From positions 152 through 64,151 of the forward strand of contig CAZJRG010000001.1 of NCBI GenBank assembly GCA_964548435.1: 64,000 bases of DNA, in the 5' to 3' direction. Position numbers and translations under genes: made by a program. Source of the stretch: an uncultured Sulfurimonas sp. Lineage in GTDB: Bacteria > Campylobacterota > Campylobacteria > Campylobacterales > Sulfurimonadaceae. The notes under the pieces were generated by a model, which did no database searches, had not been told where the DNA came from, and saw only the letters and a list, made by a program, of their open reading frames with translations. Positions 27,634 to 36,905 of this stretch are shown here, one piece after another (within the stretch, counting starts at the first letter, position 1; each line of letters opens with the position of its first letter).

Positions 27634-28289
27634 CTGTTTTGCTCCGTAAAAAGTTTATGTTTCATTTTAGAGTAGAGGTAGAGAGTTGAGAGCAACCCTA
27701 CAACGACTCCTGCAAGGACATCGCTTACATAGTGATCATTTGCCAAGACTCTTCCGCTGATTGAGAGGAGGGTAATGAGTATCCAAAGCGGTGCATAACG
27801 CGGAAAAAGAGCCACAAAGTAAGTGCAGACTGCAACACTTGTCGTGGTATGACCTGATGGAAAGCTTGTCACATAAGGGTAGCGCTCAAGAAGAGAGTGC
27901 AGCCAAAATGAGAGACGTTCTAAAAGTGAAAACTCTGGATGCTGTAGGAGTAAAAAACCAAACTGTGTGGCATCTTTTTCAAACTCCCAAGGACGCAGCC
28001 TCGCAAAAGAGATTTTGAGGAGTATGGAGATGAGACCTGCAAAAAGGTTGGCATAGAGCAGAAACAAAAAACGCATCTTGAAGAGTTCGTTTTTTTTCAC
28101 AAAAGTAAAATAGAGTGCTCCAATGATTCCCGCACCGATGTACCACTGCGACTCTCCAAGCAGACTTAATGACTTACCAAGCTCTTTGTAGATACTTTGG
28201 TGCTCTAAAAAATAGCCAAGCACACTTCTATCGACAAAATTGTACGAGAGTAGAATGAGCAGAGCCATTATGAGTAGAAAAACCCTCAT
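27630..28289 (-). CDS. PAP2-family lipid phosphatase (LpxE/LpxF- or undecaprenyl-diphosphatase-like)
   Basis: All three PAP2 motifs are present: KISFARLRP (K-x6-RP), SFPSGHT (PSGH) and SGRVLANDHYVSDVLAG (SR-x5-H-x3-D). 6 predicted TM segments. Confidence 0.85.
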   Translation of the reverse strand: MRVFLLIMALLILLSYNFVDRSVLGYFLEHQSIYKELGKSLSLLGESQWYIGAGIIGALYFTFVKKNELFKMRFLFLLYANLFAGLISILLKISFARLRPWEFEKDATQFGFLLLQHPEFSLLERLSFWLHSLLERYPYVTSFPSGHTTTSVAVCTYFVALFPRYAPLWILITLLSISGRVLANDHYVSDVLAGVVVGLLSTLYLYSKMKHKLFTEQNR

Positions 28290-29725
28290 TTAAGCCCTTG
28301 GTAGTTTGTACATCTGTAGAGAGTAATGTTGCTTTTTTTGTAAAAATTTTCGAGAATATTAAAAGAGTCAAGACGTGAGATTCGATCACACTGCAGATAG
28401 TTTACAAGATCTGTATGCGCAAAAGGAAGATCTACAATGACCAGATTGATCCCTTTTGGTGGTTCACTTTGCCAGATGTCAAACTGATCGCTGCGTTTAT
28501 CGAGAAGGTAGACTTGGCTATTGTAGTGTCGATTTGAAAAGATGGTTCTTGCTGCGAGTGTCCAGTGCGTTATAGCTATCGCTTCTTTGTTTGTGTCGCG
28601 TATCTGAGCATTCGCACGTTTTGCAATGGTGTCAAAGCCATACATGTCTACTTGAAGTGAGCTGTAATCTGGAAGCGGAATAAACTTAGTTGCAGCCTCT
28701 ATATAGATAAACGCTGAGAGCATAATACCAAATCCTATAGAGTAACGCAGGTATTTTGCCCACTTCAAAGAGCGTTCATAGAGGTAGTAAACAGCTAAGG
28801 GAATGAAGATGAGATAGAAGAGTCCACTCCAGTGTGGTAGAGCCCTTTGATAGAGCGAGGAGTAGGTGAAAAAGAGCAGCAGTACACTTCCAAAAAGTCC
28901 CACTAAAAGCAGCATATCATTTTTAGCTACAAAAGCCTTGTAGAGTCCGTAAAACGCTAGGGGCATCAAAAATGGATTGTAAGCTAAAAGCTGTGAACCT
29001 AAAGAGAGCAAGAAGTTTTTGATACTTATACTCTCACTTAAAACCACATGCGCACTCTGGTAACTCAAGCTGATCCAGTCATGATTTATGTTCCAGACGA
29101 TGACAGGTGTGATAAGCAACAAAGCTAGAAAAATGGTGATGAGTGCATTGTAGGAAGCCAAAAGATCAAAACGTTTTTTGATGATGATGTAGAGTAAAAT
29201 CGGAGGAATAAATAAAATTGCAGTGTATTTACTCAGACCTGCCAAACCTAAGAGAAGGCCTAAGAGAATGTAGTTTTTTCTACTTGGATCTTCAACTAAA
29301 CGCAGCAGGCTCCAGATGAGTAAAAAGATGAGTGCAAAAAGGAGAGTGTCTGGAAGCAGCATGAAGAAAAGTGCATTGAAGACAAAAACGCCATGGAGTG
29401 CTAAGACACCTATAAAAGCAAGTTTTGCATCTCGCTCTATGGAGTATAAAAATATGTAAAGAAAAAAAGATGTTACCGCACCTAATAAAATAGCACTCAC
29501 GCGTGCTCCAAAGGGATTCATACCAAAGATAGAGGTAAAAAGAGCATGTACCCACCCAACAAGAGGAGGATGGTCAAAATAGCTAAGATCTAAGTTGAGT
29601 GCATAGAGTAGGTAGTGTGCTTCATCTACACCAAGCCCCATAAAAGGAGCACAAAGCAGTCTCAAAAGTGTGACAAGCGCTACAAAAAGAAGTACGCTTC
29701 TATGTTCTCTATCTAGCAAGTGCAT
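28286..29725 (-). CDS. GT-C fold glycosyltransferase, ArnT/PMT-like (family 39/83), paralogue 1
   Basis: 479 aa, polytopic. First periplasmic loop GLGVDEAHYLLYALNLDLSYFDHPPLVGW carries the DE..Y / YFDHPP signature of ArnT-like enzymes. Confidence 0.8.
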   Translation of the reverse strand: MHLLDREHRSVLLFVALVTLLRLLCAPFMGLGVDEAHYLLYALNLDLSYFDHPPLVGWVHALFTSIFGMNPFGARVSAILLGAVTSFFLYIFLYSIERDAKLAFIGVLALHGVFVFNALFFMLLPDTLLFALIFLLIWSLLRLVEDPSRKNYILLGLLLGLAGLSKYTAILFIPPILLYIIIKKRFDLLASYNALITIFLALLLITPVIVWNINHDWISLSYQSAHVVLSESISIKNFLLSLGSQLLAYNPFLMPLAFYGLYKAFVAKNDMLLLVGLFGSVLLLFFTYSSLYQRALPHWSGLFYLIFIPLAVYYLYERSLKWAKYLRYSIGFGIMLSAFIYIEAATKFIPLPDYSSLQVDMYGFDTIAKRANAQIRDTNKEAIAITHWTLAARTIFSNRHYNSQVYLLDKRSDQFDIWQSEPPKGINLVIVDLPFAHTDLVNYLQCDRISRLDSFNILENFYKKSNITLYRCTNYQGLK

Positions 29726-30932
29726 CGAGTTTTGTCTTCATTGTATTAAATACCCATTCTGGGGTGATGACTTGAATACAGAGATTGTCACTACATGGCG
29801 TTTTACGGTGGTTTGAAGCACTCACACATGGTGAACAGCTCATGCCAGCATAGATCGGGGTTGTTGGACCTAGTGAGCCATAGAGTGCTGGTGTTTCAGG
29901 TCCAAAGATAACAAAGGTGTGCATATCGGTGATGGAGGCAAAGTGCGCAGGTCCTGAGTCGTTTGTGAGCATAAACGCACTCACACTATAGAGTGCTGGA
30001 AGCTGCAAAAATTTTACCGCTCCTGCAAAGTTTATACAACGTGCATCGCTTACATAGTCACACAAGAGTTGTGCTCCTGCTTTCTCATTTGGAGCACCTG
30101 TGAGTAAAACTATCGCGTCTGCATTGTAAGCGAGAATTTTTTTAATCACCTCTGCATAATTCTCTCTATTCCATCTGCGTTGTGGCAAGAGGTCTGATGC
30201 ATTGGAGTTGACTAAAATAACGGGATTTTTTTCTTTGTCAAATCCAGCATAAATGCCACTGATAGTGGAGAGCACTGCTGCTTTTTCCTCATCGCTTATG
30301 ATCGCTTTTGCGATACGAATCTCATCGTCACCGATGATGCGTTTGAGGTATGGCAGCTCTTTTGTCTCACTTAAGAGTGCGTCTACGAGTGCTATAAAAT
30401 TTTTAGCTATATGTTGATGTGCATTGTAAGCGACTTTGTGTGTTAAAAAGTCACCTCTGTAGAGTCCTTCGTTGTGAAATGCATGAAACCCTACACGGTT
30501 GATCGCACCGCTTAAAAGAGTCAAAATCGCAGTAAAACGCGAGAAGAGTTCAAGGTCGATGACTGAGTCAATCTCTTTTTCTCGACACCACTTGTAAAAG
30601 CCCAGTGTAGATCGTGCTAGAGCAAAGAGGCTACTCTCGTCAATCGTGTATATATTTTCCTCTTTTACAGTTCCTAAGAGCTGTAGAGATACCTTGTTTT
30701 TTGAGAAGATGACAAAAAAGAGCTCCCCTTCAATCTTTGAAGCGAGTCTGCGCATGGCAGGATCTACAATGATGGCACTTCCCATCTCAGAGAGTTCAAT
30801 GAGGAGTACATTTTTAGCTCGCAGCTCTTTTGGAGGTAGAAAAAAGTCTACGGTTTTTTTGATGAGTGTGCCTAAAAATGTGAGTGGAACACCTGCATAG
30901 TGGTCTATGTGTCTCATTGTGTCTACATTCAT
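29709..30932 (-). CDS. Glycosyltransferase family 9 (heptosyltransferase-like)
   Basis: 407 aa. LLTGAPNEKA and TNDSGPAHFAS motifs typical of WaaC/WaaF-type GT9 enzymes. 17-nt overlap with the downstream GT-C gene. Confidence 0.8.
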   Translation of the reverse strand: MNVDTMRHIDHYAGVPLTFLGTLIKKTVDFFLPPKELRAKNVLLIELSEMGSAIIVDPAMRRLASKIEGELFFVIFSKNKVSLQLLGTVKEENIYTIDESSLFALARSTLGFYKWCREKEIDSVIDLELFSRFTAILTLLSGAINRVGFHAFHNEGLYRGDFLTHKVAYNAHQHIAKNFIALVDALLSETKELPYLKRIIGDDEIRIAKAIISDEEKAAVLSTISGIYAGFDKEKNPVILVNSNASDLLPQRRWNRENYAEVIKKILAYNADAIVLLTGAPNEKAGAQLLCDYVSDARCINFAGAVKFLQLPALYSVSAFMLTNDSGPAHFASITDMHTFVIFGPETPALYGSLGPTTPIYAGMSCSPCVSASNHRKTPCSDNLCIQVITPEWVFNTMKTKLDALAR

Positions 30933-30963
30933 TGAACTATCCTTTTGTGGTTTGTGTTGTTTA

Positions 30964-31869
30964 TCATGTCGCTTTTTTACTCTTTATCCAGAAGTATGCA
31001 CCAGGGGCAGCACTGATTATGAGGATGAGACCATAGAGTATGCTCATGGCAAGCACTTTTGTCTCATTGGCTCCTACGAGCATAAATATGCCTATGAGTG
31101 CTCCTTCACGAATTCCCCAACCAGCGAGTGAGATTGGAACTATCATGAGTAAAAACACAGGGGGAACCGCTATGAGGAGAATCTGAAAACTTAAGTGTAA
31201 ATCGAGTGCCAAAGAGGCTCCATACATCGTTAAAACTGAAAAAAAGTGCACCACTACTGAGATGAGAATGTGTTTGATCAGTAGTCTGCGCGAAGCATAG
31301 AGCGTGTTGAGTCTGTTTGCTAAACGCACAAAGAGATTGAGAAACTTTATGTGTGTTAAAAAGGTGAGGCGGTGGAGCTGAAAAAGGAGCGCAAAACCCG
31401 CAATTCCAGAGAGAGCGATGGCAATAATGAGCAGTGAAAACTCTTCATCGAAGTGACCAAAAAAGAGTAGTGTTGCTAGAAGATTAAGTACCAAAAGTCC
31501 AACAAGTCCTACAACACGGTCTACAAATACAACATAAAAAGCATCTTTTTTTTCATAGCCTTTACCCGTAAGCTCTAGCATACGCACAGCATCGCCTCCT
31601 ATGCTAGAGGGGAGCACCTGATTAAAAAATGTTCCTTTGAAGTAGACCTGCGTGTAAAATGATAGTTTTTCGGTAAAGACAAGAAGCTGTGAGATTTTAA
31701 ACCATCTATATGCCGCAATGTATGTAGAGGTAAGCTGCATTATGAGAGCAACCAAAATCCATCCGCCGTGAGAGTTGAGCAGCGTTTTTCCAAACTCAAT
31801 AAAATCGATGTTTCTAAATAGAAAATAGAAGATTGCAATAGTAATAAGAAGCTTAATTATGTTTTTCAT
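30964..31869 (-). CDS. UPF0104 / LPG-synthase-TM (flippase-like) membrane protein
   Basis: 301 aa, ~8 TM. N-terminus KLLITIAIFYFLFRNIDFIEFGKTL......WILVALIMQLTSTYIAAYRW matches the TIGR00374/MprF-flippase-like family pattern. Confidence 0.7.
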   Translation of the reverse strand: MKNIIKLLITIAIFYFLFRNIDFIEFGKTLLNSHGGWILVALIMQLTSTYIAAYRWFKISQLLVFTEKLSFYTQVYFKGTFFNQVLPSSIGGDAVRMLELTGKGYEKKDAFYVVFVDRVVGLVGLLVLNLLATLLFFGHFDEEFSLLIIAIALSGIAGFALLFQLHRLTFLTHIKFLNLFVRLANRLNTLYASRRLLIKHILISVVVHFFSVLTMYGASLALDLHLSFQILLIAVPPVFLLMIVPISLAGWGIREGALIGIFMLVGANETKVLAMSILYGLILIISAAPGAYFWIKSKKAT

Positions 31870-31974
31870 GAGCGGGAATTTTATCTAAATAATGATTAAA
31901 CTTTTCAAAAAAAGTAGTATAATTTTCGGCTCAAATCCCAAAGTGGATAGGCACAATTTTACCATGAGACACCA

Positions 31975-32226
31975 ATGAAAATTTCTGATTTACAATTTGA
32001 AATGGAACTTGCTGGCGTTGATAAAGCAGAGATTGCTGAAATCCTTCAACCTTATAACAACAAAACAATCGACCTCACACTTATTGATGATGAACTTGAA
32101 AAACGAGGTTTTCCACGTATCTTCGATATCAACTACAATGTATATGACGATGAGGAAGAGGATGATTGGGATGATGACTACCAAACTATAGAAAAATTCC
32201 CTCACAAAAACCGCTACGACTCTTAA
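31975..32226 (+). CDS. Small highly acidic hypothetical protein (83 aa)
   Basis: ORF with C-terminal YDDEEEDDWDDDYQ. TATAAT at 31918-31923 upstream, but no convincing RBS. Coding status uncertain. Confidence 0.4.
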   Translation: MKISDLQFEMELAGVDKAEIAEILQPYNNKTIDLTLIDDELEKRGFPRIFDINYNVYDDEEEDDWDDDYQTIEKFPHKNRYDS

Positions 32227-32239
32227 AAGAGTCGCTTAC

Positions 32240-33658
32240 TTATCGGCTTTGGAGCTCTTGTAGCGTATAAGCATCTTTGACTCGATATGTGTAAAAGATG
32301 CGTTTATTTGGTATGAGGGTATGCGTGTCGATGAGTGTTACGTTTTTATAGTATTTTTGCAACTCTTTATCTCTTCTATCATTTCGAACAAGAACCAGCC
32401 CATCTTTATGCCACTCTTGGGGCTCTCTCCACATATCATATTGCGAATATCTACTATCTATGGCTACATCTGTTTTTGGGTGGTCTGGTGCATAGTAATT
32501 GATGTAGGCGGCTATGGTAAGATGGTCTCCATAAAGAGTGTCTCCTGCTTCTCTATGCGATAAAAATCGCTCTACAATCCTATCACTCGCATACATACGT
32601 TCTTGAACCTTGTCTAAGAAAAAGAGCATCGCCACTCTTCCAATAAGCGTAAAAAGAAGTGCTACTATGAGTCCTATCTTGAAAAGTTTTTGAAGTTCAT
32701 ACTTGGAGATGATGTACGCGACAAATATAACGCCACTGACATACGCCGGAGCGGTATAGTTGAGACCAAGGTTTTTAAAGAGTGCCTTGTAGAGAAAAAA
32801 ACCGAGTGTAAACGCAGTCACAATGGTAAAAAAGAGAATCTTTTCATTTTGAAACGCCAGACGCTCTTTAAAGAGAGCGAAAAATAAAATAGCCCCAAAA
32901 ACAGGCGAGAAGAGTAAAAACTGTCCGCCAAAAAACTCCAGAAATGCATGAAGATTTATAGAAAATGTTTGTGATGAACCATGTGCAAGTTGAAATAAAA
33001 AGCTAATCCACTCATGTTGATAGTTCCAGTAGAGCATTGGGGTGATGACAAAAAACGCAGTTACGATAGCGATGTAAGGGTGAGGTTTAAAAAAGAGGCT
33101 GCGTCTTTTGAGTAAAACAAATATGAGTAGTGCAACTCCAAGTAAGAGAGCAGAGTATTTGCTCACCATCGCAAGCCCCATGAAAAGACCCATGAAAAAA
33201 AAGTCTAAGAGCTTCTCTTCTTCAAAAAATGCTTTAAATGCAAAGTAGAGTGTAAGTGTCCAAAAAAGAAGTAACGGCGAGTCGGGAGTAGTGATAATGT
33301 AACCAGCATGAACTAAAATAAGGCTCATAAAGATGAGCAGTGCATTAAGTGCCGCTTTAGCATCGGCTACTTTTTGAGTGAGTTTGAAGATAAGATATGC
33401 GGTGATACTCATAGAAAAAACATTCACCAGACGAACTCCCCATTCCGATTCGCTAATAAAGTTTGTAAGGGCAATCATATAAGCTATCATAGGAGCATGA
33501 TCGTAGTAACCGCTTTGGAGATTGTGACTCCACATCCAGTAGTAAGCCTCATCTCCATGAAGTGGCAAAAAGGCATTGTAGAGAGTCGAAAAGATGGCTA
33601 CGAAAACTATGATGAGTTTGGCACTTTTTTCTGGGTTGGCGTAGAGTTTTTCAAACAT
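32240..33658 (-). CDS. GT-C fold glycosyltransferase, ArnT/PMT-like (family 39/83), paralogue 2
   Basis: 472 aa, polytopic. LHGDEAYYWMWSHNLQSGYYDHAPMIAY loop signature parallel to paralogue 1. Confidence 0.8.
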   Translation of the reverse strand: MFEKLYANPEKSAKLIIVFVAIFSTLYNAFLPLHGDEAYYWMWSHNLQSGYYDHAPMIAYMIALTNFISESEWGVRLVNVFSMSITAYLIFKLTQKVADAKAALNALLIFMSLILVHAGYIITTPDSPLLLFWTLTLYFAFKAFFEEEKLLDFFFMGLFMGLAMVSKYSALLLGVALLIFVLLKRRSLFFKPHPYIAIVTAFFVITPMLYWNYQHEWISFLFQLAHGSSQTFSINLHAFLEFFGGQFLLFSPVFGAILFFALFKERLAFQNEKILFFTIVTAFTLGFFLYKALFKNLGLNYTAPAYVSGVIFVAYIISKYELQKLFKIGLIVALLFTLIGRVAMLFFLDKVQERMYASDRIVERFLSHREAGDTLYGDHLTIAAYINYYAPDHPKTDVAIDSRYSQYDMWREPQEWHKDGLVLVRNDRRDKELQKYYKNVTLIDTHTLIPNKRIFYTYRVKDAYTLQELQSR

Positions 33659-33772
33659 GCTTCTTCTCGTATAGTGAAATAAAATTTTCGCAATTGTACA
33701 GAAGTAAGGCTGCGTTTATGGCATGAGTGATTATAATTGCAACAAATTTTTAAGAAGTGAAGATACTCCATA

Positions 33773-35281
33773 ATGAAAAATATCCTTATTACGTCTCTGC
33801 TTTTGTGGATGCTTAACCTCACATTTTTTGCCTCACTTCTTGGTGTCTATGACTCTTGGTATCATGTTGCGTTTGAGTCTATTGCTTACCTTATAGTCAT
33901 ACTTTTTTTAGTAACACTCACTGCGTTTATGCGCTCTCTTTACATATTTTTTATCAATTTTTATTTTATTGTCTCTATCTTTGCAGTCTATTTTATTGCA
34001 ACTATGGGTATAGAACTCGATGGGCAGATGCTCAACAATATTCTCTCAACGGATACTGCAGAGACATTTGAACTGCTTAATGCAAGCTTTGTTTTGTATC
34101 TTTTGTCCGCTTCTCTTGCTCTGGTGCTTCTTAACAAAAAACTTATTTGGAGCTACAAAAGAGTTCCCACAAAACGCTACTTTGCAGCTATTGTTTTGCT
34201 TCTGGTCATTGCACTTGGATTTTTTAAAATTGATAGGGACTTTATAGATAGGTTTAGTGCGAGCGATACACCAAAAGTAGCACCACTTTTTTTGATACCT
34301 TCACTCAGTGAGTATGTCATACTTCGAGAGCGACTCCAAAAAATAGAGAAAAAAAATATCTCCAATGAGTTCATATTAGAGGATAAATATGAACCTCTCT
34401 TGATCGTATTTGTTCTTGGAGAGAGTGCCAGAGGTGATAGATTTTCCATAAATGGCTATACAAAAGAGACATCTAAAGAGCTTCAAAATGTCAAAAATCT
34501 CATCTCATTTAAAGGGGCGACATCGTGTCACACCTCTACACTCAACTCTATTCCATGTTTGATGACTCGTGTATTGGAGCGTGATTATGAGATTACTATC
34601 ACTGAGAGCAGTTTTGTAGAGATTCTTAAGGATTTGGGCTTTGATACATACTGGTTTTCAAAACACTCTGTACAAAAGCGTGTCGATACATTTTGTAAAG
34701 AGGCGCAAGTGTGTAAGTACTTCTCTAAAACCCCCTTTGACATGGAGTTACTTGAGCCTATCGTAGAGTTGCAAACGCTACAAAAACCAACACTTGTCGT
34801 CTTGCATATGTTAGGGAGTCACCTCGATTACAATGCACGTGTACCCCAAGAGTTTCAAAAATTTTCTCCACTCTGTCTTGGAAATGTCTCAGGATGCTCC
34901 CAAGAGAGCTTAAATAATAGCTATGACAACACCATACTCTACACAGACCATTTTTTAGCAACACTCATTAAAGAGCTTCAAGATAAAAACGCGATGCTTC
35001 TCTACACATCTGATCATGGTGAGAGTCTAGGTGAGGGGAGTGTGATGGCGAGATATGGTCACGCGACACCGCCAAGCATAGCACCTTTAGAGCAGAGAAA
35101 TGTCCCCTTTATGCTTTGGTTTTCAGACAAGTTTATAGCATCGCATAAAGATCTTAACATCTCAAAAATTGCCACCACTACTGGTGTCTCTCATGATAAT
35201 GTTTTTGAGACGATCCTTGGAGCTGCGGGTGTTGCACAAAAAAACAAGAAAAAGTTTGAGCACGATCTGCTACATCACTAA
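33773..35281 (+). CDS. Phosphoethanolamine transferase (EptA/EptC family)
   Basis: 5 N-terminal TM helices plus a sulfatase-type domain: VLGESARGDRFSINGY, HMLGSHLDYNARVP, YTSDHGESLGE. Confidence 0.88.
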   Translation: MKNILITSLLLWMLNLTFFASLLGVYDSWYHVAFESIAYLIVILFLVTLTAFMRSLYIFFINFYFIVSIFAVYFIATMGIELDGQMLNNILSTDTAETFELLNASFVLYLLSASLALVLLNKKLIWSYKRVPTKRYFAAIVLLLVIALGFFKIDRDFIDRFSASDTPKVAPLFLIPSLSEYVILRERLQKIEKKNISNEFILEDKYEPLLIVFVLGESARGDRFSINGYTKETSKELQNVKNLISFKGATSCHTSTLNSIPCLMTRVLERDYEITITESSFVEILKDLGFDTYWFSKHSVQKRVDTFCKEAQVCKYFSKTPFDMELLEPIVELQTLQKPTLVVLHMLGSHLDYNARVPQEFQKFSPLCLGNVSGCSQESLNNSYDNTILYTDHFLATLIKELQDKNAMLLYTSDHGESLGEGSVMARYGHATPPSIAPLEQRNVPFMLWFSDKFIASHKDLNISKIATTTGVSHDNVFETILGAAGVAQKNKKKFEHDLLHH

Positions 35282-35356
35282 AAGCGACCTCTAAAGTCGA
35301 GCTAAATAACTTTTGTGGTATTATCATACGATTTTAACTTTTTACAAGGTTTCTAA

Positions 35357-36121
35357 ATGGATTTAGGTACGGTTATTGGTTTAGTTCTCATTATAGTGCT
35401 TCTCTTGGGAGCTATGGCGATGGGTGTTGGTGTAGGACCATATGTAGATATTCCTTCGGTTTTAATCGTTGTGGGTGGAAGTATTGGCGCTCTCATGATC
35501 TCTTTTAAACCAAGCCAAATGAAAAAGTTTACAAAAGTGTTTGCAAAAGCGATCAAGCCTGGAGAAGAGGATGTGCAAGCGCTTATCAAAAAACTTGTTG
35601 AGTTTGCTACCAAAGCCAGAAAAGATGGAATTTTGGCACTCGAGAGTGAAGTAAATAACGAACCAAATTTATTTCTTAGAAAAGGTTTGTCGATGGCAAT
35701 CGATGGAAGTGAACCTGATACTATTCGTGAACTTTTAGAGATAGATATGGAGCAGACAAGCTCGCGTCACAAGATCAATGCATCTATTTTCAATCAGTGG
35801 GCAGGACTTGCAGGAGCTATGGGGATGGTTGGAACGCTCATAGGTCTCGTTGCGATGCTTTTGAACATGGCTGACCCCTCGGCAATTGGACCATCGATGG
35901 CAGTTGCACTCCTTACAACTATGTATGGTGCTATCATCGGAAATGTCTTTGGAACACCAATTTATACCATTCTTTCGATTCGAAATGACGAAGAGACTGT
36001 TGTAAAAGAGATGATTATCTCAGGTATCATGTCTATTCAAGCTGGGGATGCACCCCGCGTTTTAGAGGCAAAGCTTCTTGCCTATCTTGCACCTGCTGAT
36101 CGCGTTAGTCAGTTTGATTAA
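35357..36121 (+). CDS. motA: Flagellar stator protein MotA/PomA
   Basis: 254 aa, 4 TM. C-terminal channel helices WAGLAGAMGMVGTLIGLVAML and ALLTTMYGAIIGN (MotA/TolQ/ExbB signature). Followed by motB and fliP. Confidence 0.88.
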   Translation: MDLGTVIGLVLIIVLLLGAMAMGVGVGPYVDIPSVLIVVGGSIGALMISFKPSQMKKFTKVFAKAIKPGEEDVQALIKKLVEFATKARKDGILALESEVNNEPNLFLRKGLSMAIDGSEPDTIRELLEIDMEQTSSRHKINASIFNQWAGLAGAMGMVGTLIGLVAMLLNMADPSAIGPSMAVALLTTMYGAIIGNVFGTPIYTILSIRNDEETVVKEMIISGIMSIQAGDAPRVLEAKLLAYLAPADRVSQFD

Positions 36122-36131
36122 GAGTAGATAG

Positions 36132-36905
36132 ATGGCGAAAAATAAATGTCCCGAGTGCCCTGAGTGTTTGCCAGCTTGGCTCGCTGCGTTTGGGGACTTG
36201 ATGTCACTGCTGCTCTGTTTTTTCGTTCTACTCCTCTCAATGTCGAGCATGGATGCAAAAAAGGTCTCTGAGGCTATTGGTTCACTCTCTGGGGCGATGA
36301 GTGTTTTAGAGGGTGGAACAAAGACGGAGATCTCAAAACGCCGTATACAAGAGTCTACACCTATAGAGTCTCAAGATGAGACTGCAGAGATGGTCAACCG
36401 TGTCCAACAAGCCGCGGGTGACGCCAATGAGATGATGGAGCAGACAAAGGGAACAACCATCTCCGTAGAGGAGGCGCAAGAGGGGTTTGTCATAAAACTT
36501 CCAGCAGCACTTCTCTTCAAGCCTGGAAGTGCAGAGATAGAGAATGAGGATGCACTCCTCTTTTTAAAACGTATAGCCCTTATCATAGAAGAGTTGCCAA
36601 ATGAGATGCAAGTAAGTGTTCAAGGCCATACTGACAACTCTGCTCCAGCTAAAGAGAGCCCTTTTAAAAACAACTGGGAGCTCTCAAGCGCTCGTGCCAT
36701 CTCTGTACTTCAGGAGTTACTCGTTGATGGTGTCGCTCCTGAGCGCATTAGTGCAGCAGGTTTTGCTGAGTTTGCACCAGTCGCCACAAATGCTACAAAA
36801 TCTGGAAGAGAAAAAAACAGACGTGTTGAGTTGCATTTTTATGGCAAAAAAAATGATAAAAATGTAACTCCTGAGTCTATTCTCGATAAGCAAGCGGCGA
36901 AGTGA
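36132..36905 (+). CDS. motB: Flagellar stator protein MotB (OmpA-like peptidoglycan-binding C-terminus)
   Basis: WLAAFGDLMSLLLCFFVLLLSMS with the conserved TM Asp. C-terminal GHTDN...NWELSSARA...NRRVEL OmpA-like motifs. Confidence 0.88.
   Translation: MAKNKCPECPECLPAWLAAFGDLMSLLLCFFVLLLSMSSMDAKKVSEAIGSLSGAMSVLEGGTKTEISKRRIQESTPIESQDETAEMVNRVQQAAGDANEMMEQTKGTTISVEEAQEGFVIKLPAALLFKPGSAEIENEDALLFLKRIALIIEELPNEMQVSVQGHTDNSAPAKESPFKNNWELSSARAISVLQELLVDGVAPERISAAGFAEFAPVATNATKSGREKNRRVELHFYGKKNDKNVTPESILDKQAAK

Noticed and set aside
35315-35336. Sigma-28 (FliA) type promoter upstream of motA (CGATTT preceded by TAAA)
   Set aside because: The spacing between the TAAA and CGAT elements (about 22 nt) does not fit the TAAA-N15-GCCGATAA consensus. 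Only a weak TGgTATTAT-like -10 remains, so there is not enough support to report it.
35357-36905. MotA/MotB pair as a possible Zorya-type (ZorA/ZorB) anti-phage module
   Set aside because: Both proteins have canonical stator sizes (254 and 257 aa) with a standard OmpA-like MotB C-terminus. There is no long ZorA tail and no ZorC/D/E-like genes. fliP follows with a 4-nt overlap, so they are ordinary flagellar stator genes.
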